Positions 19,862-28,800 of a stretch of DNA of 38,017 bases are shown piece after piece. Every line of letters begins with the position of its first letter. Position 1 is the first letter of the stretch. The notes beneath the pieces were generated by a model. It was not told where the DNA came from, searched no databases, and saw only the letters and a program-made list of their open reading frames with translations. Position numbers and translations under genes: made by a program. The stretch is from Asterionella formosa (taxonomy: Eukaryota), in NCBI GenBank assembly GCA_002256025.1, contig NKIB01015149.1:1-38017 (forward strand), written 5' to 3'.

Positions 19862-21860
19862 TTAGAGCCATTCAAAATCAACGTCGTCATCAATGTCCTA
19901 TTGATTAATGCGTTCATGGTAATCAATATTCTTCTCAGGAACATTTGGCTGAAGTGGTTCAACATATTGATGCATATCCTCTTCACTTACATTGGGAAAT
20001 GAGAAGTATGAGTTTGGGTAGATGATATTTGTTGTGGAAGTAGCAATTCCACTAGGAATCCTTCCATATTCAGATCGATTCTTTTGTGAAAGTCCAGTGT
20101 AGATTTCCTTATAATAACCGAGTAACTCATCAGTCCATTGATCAGTGAGACCATTTGAAACTGAACTTTCTTCCCTCACATTTTTTGATAAGTGGTTGCC
20201 CACCAATGTCGACAAAATCAGTAGAATGACGAATATTGTTGCTTCTCTGAAATTTCCTGCGTATCTGGATTGAAACCCAAATTTTTGTTGCAATCGGAAT
20301 TTTCCTTTCAGCACCAAGAAGCAAAATGCTTCTGTACTGGCATTGATTAGAAAACCAACAAAACGTGATTTTAATTCACACTGTGCCCAAGGACTCAGTT
20401 GAAATTTGATCACACCAGATTTGTCTCTTGTAAAAATGGTTCTCCACAGCTTGTTCTGCCTATAAAATGCACTGGAGCAAGAACATCACGCCAGACTTGG
20501 TATCCTTGGCCTGGCTTCCCCTGTCAATGTCCTTTGACTGCGCAAAACGATAAAGCGTGAACGCCCAACTAATAAAGTCATCAATATCCATAGTCTGGAA
20601 GGAGTTATATTCTGTTAGACCAGCTGGTGTGTCATGAATTATGTTAGCATTTTTAATTCAAACATATTTGATAAGAATATAATCAGCAACTCAGAACATC
20701 ATGCTTTCAGAGCATCTCCCACCCTGCAAGAACTTACCTAAGATTCCTTTAATTTGATTATTCAATACATTCTGACATTCTCTAGCTCAACTTTTTAATG
20801 CACATGCCACCAAATGTTGTTTTAATATAATCTAAACGTGCCTTGTTGGTATGTTCAATGGTCTGATTCATTGGAAGTAGTGAATCAGAACCATTCCATA
20901 TGAAATCGGCAAGCTCTGAGTCACTTTCCACTTCTTTGCCTAACTCCGGTTTCACTGTGTGTAGCCGAGTTAGGCAGGTAAACATTGGGCAAACCAATCC
21001 TGGCTGTTTGTGATTGGAAATGCCCTTCATACTACTTGGACCAGATTGGCAGGGCGGGATGTTTGATTCTCTTTTGGGACCAGAAAAAAGCACATTAGAT
21101 TGAAATTCTTTTCTACAGTACCTGCAATTCACGAACTATAACATCAAACTTACATGTTCACAGCAAAACTTCTTGGTCTTGAAAACAAATAAAACTCACA
21201 ACCTTTGTGACAATTGATGGATCGGTTCAATTTTAGCTAAGCAGTAAGCGGGAACGACGTTCTGATTAGGCTGCTGAAATTGAAGATTCTTGATAACCTC
21301 ATATGGACGAGTTTTGAACCGAATTAGGACCTTTGTAGTGATTGAGTTCATTGACCAATTGAAAATATCCTTTGGCAATTGCAGATTGTTTTTCCCTCAG
21401 TTTTTCTTGTACTTGTTGGTCCGTGTGATTAGAAAATTTATGATATGGTACCATGTTGTCCATCTGTTAATGGTATCATCGACAGGAGCCATTTTTCTTG
21501 TATCAACAACTGAAAAAGAAACGTCATCATCGCTTTCAGTATCAATTACGGGAGCCTTTGTACTAGTTGCTGATGGTGTCCCCATCAACGGTGGGGTAGT
21601 ACCCCCACTAACTCCCTGTTGCCGATTGGGTTCCTTTGGATAGTCGTCTATTCGCTTTTTCTTTGTTATCTCATTTTGGTACTTGCTTCTTTGTTCCATA
21701 CCAGCAGTATTTGCCACATGTCACTTGTTTCCATGAACCTCTTTATTGTTTTTTGAAGACATTGTACTACTCGATAACTGTTGTCGTTGTCTGCCTTAAA
21801 GTTCGATGATCTTAAAATCAGGTGTTGCAAACTACAATGAAATGAATCATCAGCCAGCAC
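19862..21860 (-). pseudogene. Second decayed ORF of the transposon (accessory protein, unknown function), co-oriented upstream of the transposase
   Basis: Consecutive minus-strand fragments (21666-21860, 21397-21717, 21196-21378, 20782-21132, 19898-20413) are separated by stops and frameshifts. There is a probable intron at ~20737-20624 (GTAAGT...GCTAAC...CCAG). It ends in an acidic tail DIDDDVDFEWL*. Confidence 0.6.
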
Positions 21861-21968
21861 TACATGTAATATTTTACGCTGTCTAGATATGATACCATAA
21901 AACCAACAGTGCTATTTACATTATCATATACAAAATCAGAACCGAGTTTGAGTAATAGCATATCTTGT

Positions 21969-22203
21969 TTTCAATTATACGATTATATGATCTTGAAACT
22001 ATGATGCTTTACTGTCCCACTGTAGTCGCAACAGCCCTGAATATATGGTGTTCTGTTGCTCGCTTACTACTCCGACTACCCTCTTTCAATTATACAATCA
22101 TATGATCCTGAAACTATGATGATTTACTGTCTCACTGCAGTAGCAACAGTCATGAACAAATGGTGTTCTGTTGCTTGCTTACTACCTGGTACTCTGACTA
22201 CCC
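21969..22203. repeat. Two-copy 115-bp tandem duplication inside the transposon
   Basis: TTTCAATTATAC.AT.ATATGATC.TGAAACTATGATG.TTTACTGTC.CACTG.AGT.GCAACAG...ATGGTGTTCTGTTGCT.GCTTACTAC starts at 21969 and again at 22084. Confidence 0.93.
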
Positions 22204-22819
22204 CCAGTATATCACTTCCTACCTGCTACTGGTACTCTGTATATAGATGATAAAATGTTATTGTCATATGATGTACCGGTACACATGAAGAACTCCCGCC
22301 CAAAAAAGGGGCTTAAACAATATGCTACCAAAATCCTTGTGTATAAAATGGGTTATGACTTACACCAATTGAATGGTCTGCCGGTGAATAATTAGTTCCA
22401 AAGGTCATAGATAATATTGATGCAAACAAATTTCAGAAATAATACCAGTACACGAAGTCGTGGAAAACAATGGACATATCATGCATTGAATATTTTCGAA
22501 TTATCTATATGCAAATATGATCATCTCAACAATAGCTACCCGACGTTCCATATTGAGAGTGCCTTTGATTTTTATAAATGTACGACACTTGATTTATTTA
22601 TATATTTACATGGCAAATATATTTGAAATCGTTCTGTCATGTTAACAAACAATGCCTGCTTCATGAAAAGAAATATGCAAAGTAGTAAAGCACATGACAA
22701 GAAAGGAAAGTTTACGCAATAACGAAAAACATTGTGGCTTCGACACATGGCGCCTTCGAAGGATGGAGTATGTTTAAGGTAATGAAGCCATCACTGTGGT
22801 ACTTGGATGAAAATCGTTG

Positions 22820-23254
22820 GTAGGTAGTTCAACAACAAATTGTAAACTAAACGCACATTTCCTTTTTTCTCGGTTGAATCAACAGCTTGTTTCGCTTTTT
22901 GGGGAGCACCAAGAATGTAAAACAAAACAAAATTGGTAAGTGCTCTTGTCATTGGACCTATTCACTTCTGATGGAACATAACTGACGCCGGACACGCAAC
23001 TTTACCTTCTCTCAAGTTAAGCTAATGAAAATGAATCGGTAAGTTTTATTCGGCAACATTGGAAACCTGAAACTCACTTATTCAAGAATTTAGCTACTGA
23101 CAATTTACTATTACAGACTTATACATCACTTGCTTTGATTTGGCTGTGGTAAGTTAAGCAAGCAAGAGGATACGATGGAATGGCGTGATGTTGTGTCAGT
23201 GTAACATGTCTAGCTAACAAGTCGTTCCTTCTCATTGTTATTGTAACTGCATAG
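22820..23254 (+). other. Micro-exon/intron unit in the right transposon arm (four short introns)
   Basis: Candidate introns 22820-22885, 22936-23016, 23039-23116 and 23149-23254 have GTAGGT/GTAAGT donors, CTAA/CTGAC branch motifs, pyrimidine-rich tracts and AG ends. Internal exons are 50, 22 and 32 nt. No intact long spliced ORF results. Confidence 0.7.
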
Positions 23255-23429
23255 GACAATAAAAACGATCAAACGGAATAGCCGGCGAGTTCAGAATGAC
23301 ACTAACAGCAGTGAGAGAGACGCAATATTAGTAAGGCATTGCTTGGCACAAGATTCAGAAAAGAGGAAGAAAAGGGTGAGACAGGAACAATATACATTGA
23401 GCCGAGTAGAGAGAGAAACGTTGGGTCAC

Positions 23430-23884
23430 TGGCATGTAGAATAATAGATAGCATTGTTGCTAAATTTGATAGCTAAACTACGATACATTTCAATCTATTT
23501 TGAAAAATGCTTGTGATTAGAATTATGATGATGTTTACGATAGATTTACGATGAAACAATTTAAATGATAGCATAGAGTTGAGCTGATTTTAGGATGCGT
23601 TGTAGTAATAATTTACATCGGGCAATCATGAGAATTGAAAATAATATGAGAGGGTTTATGATGATGTTGAGTAATGTTGTTGATCAGTTGATATACATTG
23701 TGTGATGATAACATTCTTATTATCATTATACTTCAAGGTCGGTAAAATATTTATAAATCATCATAGTTATAGGATACCTTGATCATATTTTTGATCCAAA
23801 AATTATCATATAAAAGAAAATCCTGTGCCACTTAACGTACAATACCCTTGATCTTATATGCATGATACTTTTTATTTGCAGACG
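23430..23884 (-). repeat. Internal repeat module R, right copy
   Basis: Reverse complement begins CGTCTGCAAATAAAAAGTATCATGCATATAAGATCAAGGGTATTGTACGTTAAGTGGCACAGGA, matching 13197 onward. Confidence 0.85.
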
Positions 23885-24168
23885 TCTTTTCTTGAAAGAA
23901 TACCCATGTTGGGGACAGCAGTGACACTTGCCTTTTGTAACCAGTACTAGTCGACTTTCTTTTTTGTCAGCCAAGGTAAGTATACCTTCTAAGCTTTCAC
24001 CATGTTAGTAATTGTTCTGTAAGGGAGCTTTCCATTATTGTTCGCCTTGATTGCTTCAAGCTCTGTAACAATGCCAAGCATGTTGCATTGAATAACGACC
24101 TGAGCATAATGAAGTGCTTTTGTCTTCTTCTTGATGTTGGAAACTCGACTCTTTCTTGACTTTGGCAT
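23872..24168 (-). pseudogene. Truncated, decayed gene fragment in the right arm, possibly the N-terminus of another transposon protein
   Basis: CCACC-ATG at 24168 gives MPKSRKSRVSNIKKKTKALHYAQVVIQCNMLGIVTELEAIKANNNGKLPYRTITNMVKA*KVYLPWLTKKKVD*YW...RKDVCK*. It has two in-frame stops and ends in the first bases of repeat R. Confidence 0.5.
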
Positions 24169-24668
24169 GGTGGGCTAGTGATGGTTTGCGTAATAGCTGT
24201 GGACTTTTTTCCTATGTATTGTGGACTGACGAATGCATATATATCAAAATCCTCAATCAGATATAGGCACGCCCATATCATTTGCCATCTCTGTAGTACA
24301 ATTCAATACCAAAACAAAATCTATATTGCTGTAAATGTGGTTAACGTTCAGACACTTATTAAATCAATCTCGAAATTTTTGTATACATCGTTGTATATTA
24401 TATGACAATGAGAACTCCAAACTTACCCTAATCCATCTTCTCTGTGTTTTTTTGGTCGATTCATCACTATTTCCGGCAATCTACAGAGATGAACAACTGA
24501 CTCCAAATCTCAAACTAAATACATAGCTGACTAGCCTACATGCTCAAGAAGGAGCCTGAACTCTCAGAATTTACATTTACTAAAGTTTTGTAAGCAAAAC
24601 GTGTTATTCTTCAAAAATATTCTCAATGGGTCATGGCAGTTTTTTACTGTTGCCAGGTCCCTGGTACC

Positions 24669-24757
24669 TGCATGCTGCTGTAATTGTGCTGACTCTAAAT
24701 CTTTAGCTGTCTTTATCCTATATTAAATTGTTTATTTAAGCCAAATGACCGCAACTT
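24669..24757 (+). repeat. ~85-bp dispersed repeat, copy 2
   Basis: TGCATGCTGCTGTAATTGTGCTGACTCTAAATCTTTAGCTGTCTTTATCCTATATTAAATTGTTTATTTAAGCCAAATGACCGCAACTT; see 716-801. Confidence 0.9.
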
Positions 24758-24758
24758 G

Positions 24759-25020
24759 CTGGTACCAGGGTGCCAGTGGGTAGGTACTCCATACCTATTA
24801 GAGGTACATACTGTAATTCTGCATGTTAACTACGTATAACATAGAATCGTTCCTGGTACCAGGTACCAGGTACTCTTGCACACCTACCGGTACCATGGTA
24901 CCAGGTACCAGGTTAAAAGGTACAGTACCAGTGCACCTGGTACAGGACGCCGTTGTACCCCGAGAACAGGTGGTACCAGGTACCTGGTACCTGTTACGCT
25001 CTCTGGAGCTCTGGAGTACA
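24759..25020. repeat. GGTACC/CCAGG/CCTGG-rich low-complexity array
   Basis: Dense runs such as CCTGGTACCAGGTACCAGGTAC, CCGGTACCATGGTACCAGGTACCAGG and GGTACCAGGTACCTGGTACCTG. Confidence 0.9.
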
Positions 25021-25811
25021 TATTACCTGATATAGTTCTTGCAAGGTTGGCCAGCCTGTGCGATAAGAAATGATCACCATGGTCGGACTTTTAGGTAACA
25101 GCCAATCAGAGTAGTGTATTCTTGATAATCTCTTTTGTGTAAGTCTGTCCATCAAACGCTATTGGTGATAAAAGTCAACTTCTATTCTTCTATATTCCCA
25201 AAACGAGCAATGCTTCTCGGAATGCTAAGGAGTGGCACAAAAACGGGGAACAAAACAAAGCCGCACACACACTGTGTCTACCGGGTATCTGATCGAAAGG
25301 AGGCAGGATCAAATAGCTGTTGGGTCAGAGTTGCTTGATGATGCGATTGTGTATTCCGAGAAGCATGCAAAGCTAGCAGCAGCCATTTTGAGGCTGAGGG
25401 TCTTTCTTCATGAGAATCTTGTCTGCAACTATTTAAGCTTCTGATAACCCTCCATCTCAACACGTCGTCTTCTTCTCCTCATCAATTGCGTTAATCTGCC
25501 GGAATAGCCAATTGTCCTTCCATTGGCTCTATCTGCACTTTTTCGAGGTAAGAGCCTTGAGGATCGTTTCCTCCTAACGACTGGTACTAATTCCCTGTAG
25601 AATCGGTACTGTTACGATCCTTCCTGTCAATCTTGACAGTCTGTTTCGTCTTTGGTGCTACACACATGCTGCCCATGCCTCCCCATTCATCTCATCATTG
25701 CTTTTGCTAGTCTCTGTGGTATTCTGCATTAGACTACAGTGTAATTGCGGGTCCCGCAGTGCTACCTATTGCACTACAACTACTACTCCTTCTCATACAC
25801 ATATATCTAGA

Positions 25812-28800
25812 ATGAGCGGAACCTACAGCGATTGCGAAAGCGACTCGGAAGTCGCGCAACATACGTCGTACGAGGATGCGCCTTCAGCCTCCATTGTCGA
25901 CGATGCTGAGGATGAGGACTCCGACGAGGACGAGGACGAGCCTCAAGTTACGGCGGCGGTAGTTGTGAATGACGATGAACCAGAAGCAGTGGCAGCTGCT
26001 GTCAGGACTCCTTCCAAAGCTAAGGGGAAAAAGAAGCGAAGGACAAATGAGATTTCTCGAGACAATTTTGAAGCTGCCCAAGCGGCACGATTGATGCTGG
26101 TCCAGGCGGTCCCTCGACTGCCGCTGACAGTATCAGAAACTCATACCGTTCGCTCGTTTGGACGTTTACGCGTGGAAAAGCAAGAGGACGGGCCTCTGTT
26201 TAGCAGTACCTCTGCCCTCTATCCTATTGGCTTTTCTTGCGACCGATTCGAGTTTAGTCCTGTCCACGGGCGCATCTTAAAACTAAGGTGCACAATTCTA
26301 GATGGACACCTTGTGCAAGAAAAGCAGCGTGAACTGAAGCTTCCCGTCTTCCCTACTAAGGGACCCATATTTCGCATCATGTGGGGCGAAGGAATTGATG
26401 ACGAGTCAGAAGCTTTTGACTACCCCTATAACCCATACAGCAACTCGTCAATCATTACCAACAACGGCAACCCCAAAAAACCCGGCCATGTTGGGTCCGA
26501 CACATTCCCAGAGGAGGGCATGCGTGTCCGTGTCCGGTATGAACACGATCAGTGGTATACAGGGACAATTCGCGAATGCGTTGGGGGTGATGCTAACTAT
26601 CAAACTGGTGAAATGACTTACGAACTGCGCATTGCATATGACGACGGATCGGAAGAGCAGGTTTCTTTTCCCGACCCTGATATATCACTTTATCAACCTG
26701 GTGCGTTACTGAGGTTGCAATGATTCACCTGCGATTTTTATTTCCCTTTCTTTAACTCAATCTGCTTTTGCTTTCCATAGGATCTGAAGACTCTGCAATT
26801 GAAGATGGGATAATTGAGCTCACGGAAGTTGGCGGAAAACCAGTAACCTCAGTTGTCGGACATTCACCAATCCACGCTTGGGGGAAAGCATTGGCTGCCC
26901 TTGGTCTGATTGATGAGATCACACTCGCAACGGCTTTGGAGGCCCTCAACAACAACAGGGAACAGGGCATGGATATTGCTAAAGATAACTTTGAAGCGAA
27001 GAAAAAAGCTCGTGCCGAATGGAGGGCCAGACAAAAAGAGAAGGGAGTCAGTTCACCTGTACCCTCTACAGCTGAAAGTCCAGGAGGCGAGAAGAAAGAA
27101 ATGGAAGAAAAGGATGATGAACCTAACTCGGAAGAAAAGAAGAATGACAACGATGGTGAAGTATACGAGCCTCACTCGGAAAAGGAAAAAAAACGCCGGC
27201 GGGAAGTAGAATTTCTGAAAGCCGAGCTGGAGAAAGCGCGACAAGACGACCGCGAAGCGGCGATCGCTCTCTCTGATGCGCGGATCAGCTACCTGGGTCC
27301 GTTCATGTGCAACCCGTTTCAAAAGCATGACACCAATTATGCTCAAGAAATTTCCTGGCTTACGACTGTAGTAAGGAGAGAAAAACACAAGATGGGAAGT
27401 ACTGGTAGCAAAAAGAAGATTATCATGGCGACAGATTTGCTCGAGAGAAATAACTCCTTCTTCAACCCAGACATTGAAACACTTGTGGAGGGTCTTCCAG
27501 GTAGCGAATGTTGTAGCGCTTATGTTTTCCAAGCGTCTCGTGCTGGCGGTGCTGCAGCTGTCAGTTCAGCATGGATCCACGAAGCGAAGCTTCGTCAAGA
27601 ACGGGAACGAGAGAAGCAAAAGGAGAAAAAGGCCCCGAAGGAAGTGGCGATTTTATCGGTAAGCAGCCAGCACGAAAAGGACGCCAAGAGAAAGGAGCGA
27701 GAAGATCTCAACAACGCGCGAAAGAAGCAGAAGCAAGATGAGCTGGATCAAAAGAAGGCAGTTCGTGCTCAGGAACGCCTCACGCGACTCAGTTTGCAAG
27801 TAGACGAACGGCTGTTTAAGGAAGCATGTGTCCAGCGTGAGAGGGTCGTTGTTAACATGCAGAAGTTTCTCATGAAAGAGTTCGCAAAGCGACGGAAAGC
27901 CGCAGAGCTTATTGCAAGTCAATCCGTGCTGGACAGTACAGAGACTGAGGCAAATGAAGACATGAGTCATAAGTTGATTGATCTTTCGCCTCTGGGCAAA
28001 GTTTACGACGAAGTCGTCCTTCGTTTGTGGGATTTCTTTTTTGCTTACGGCGAGATCTTTTTGAAATGGGGCTACCTGGATAAAGTTCCAACCCTGGATA
28101 ATCTACAAACAGCAATTGACGCTTTGCGCGATTCTGACTCGGAGAAACGACTGTCGTCTTCATCGATGACTAGGACCGAGGCATCGGCTTTCCTGAATGA
28201 TCTTGCTATTGTGATGTGTAAGCCTATCTCAGTTAGTTTGACTCGTGTCCTGTTTGCAAGTTTGATAGCTTTGAACCCTGCTCTACAGAAGGACTTTGGG
28301 GCAGCTTTCTTTGCCGAAATTAGAACGAATGCCGATACTACCACGGAAATGACTGCTGACAGACCATCGGAAGGTAAGACAGTATCGGATCTTCTCCCTG
28401 TCACCAAATGGACCTGGCAAGAGATTGCAAGGTTGGCTTTCCTTTCCGACATTACAGTCGCATTAGGCTACCAGAAACACGAAAGTGCTCATTTGCTGCG
28501 TGGATATCGAAGTGGCGGTCATCCAAACTCAAGAGAGGCCAAGCGCCTTAAAAAGAATGAAGAGTTCAATACATCAGTGCTGAGACAAAATATTGTTCTT
28601 GGTGGTGAGGAAGAGTCAGGGACAGAAGGTTTGCGCATCAGAATTAGTGCTCCTTCCAAGCCGTCCGCTTCGGCAAGTGACTGGGATTTCTATCTTCACA
28701 ACATCAAAGGGTTGTCCTTAGGAAAGAAATCCTTGATCAAGAAGAACATCACTGCATGTCTGTCAGCTTTAGATTCAGGCAAACTCTCGGATGAGCTGAA

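Larger units (their letters stand above)
12802..24649. mobile_element. ~11.85-kb decayed Plavaka-type (CMC/EnSpm-related) DNA transposon with terminal inverted repeats
   Basis: Left CAGTAAAAAACCGCCATGACGCATTGAG (12802-12829) matches the reverse complement of 24622-24649 (CAGTAAAAAACTGCCATGACCCATTGAG) at 26/28 positions. The interior is AT-rich and holds a frameshifted transposase. No clean TSD is visible. Confidence 0.85.

Noticed and set aside
21969..22203. Possible CRISPR-like array (also considered for 36870-37301)
   Set aside because: No constant repeat with unique equal-length spacers, no cas genes, and a eukaryotic context.
23882..23975. Plus-strand exon between TTTGCAG and GTAAGT
   Set aside because: The GTAAG is explained by the YLPW codons of the minus-strand fragment, and no downstream acceptor or ORF supports it.
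12830..24620. Intact TET/JBP or other DNA-modifying cargo gene in the element
   Set aside because: No complete HxD...H...R signature or methyltransferase motifs seen; only the weak hint noted at ~16140-16200.
25060..25600. Small gene or CCAAT-box promoter (AGCCAATCAGA at ~25100)
   Set aside because: Only short, unconvincing ORFs; a single motif ~700 bp from the next ATG is not enough evidence.
25698..25811. TTG-initiated N-terminal extension of the chromatin protein
   Set aside because: Eukaryotic gene; the first in-frame ATG is at 25812 and the upstream part looks like 5' UTR.
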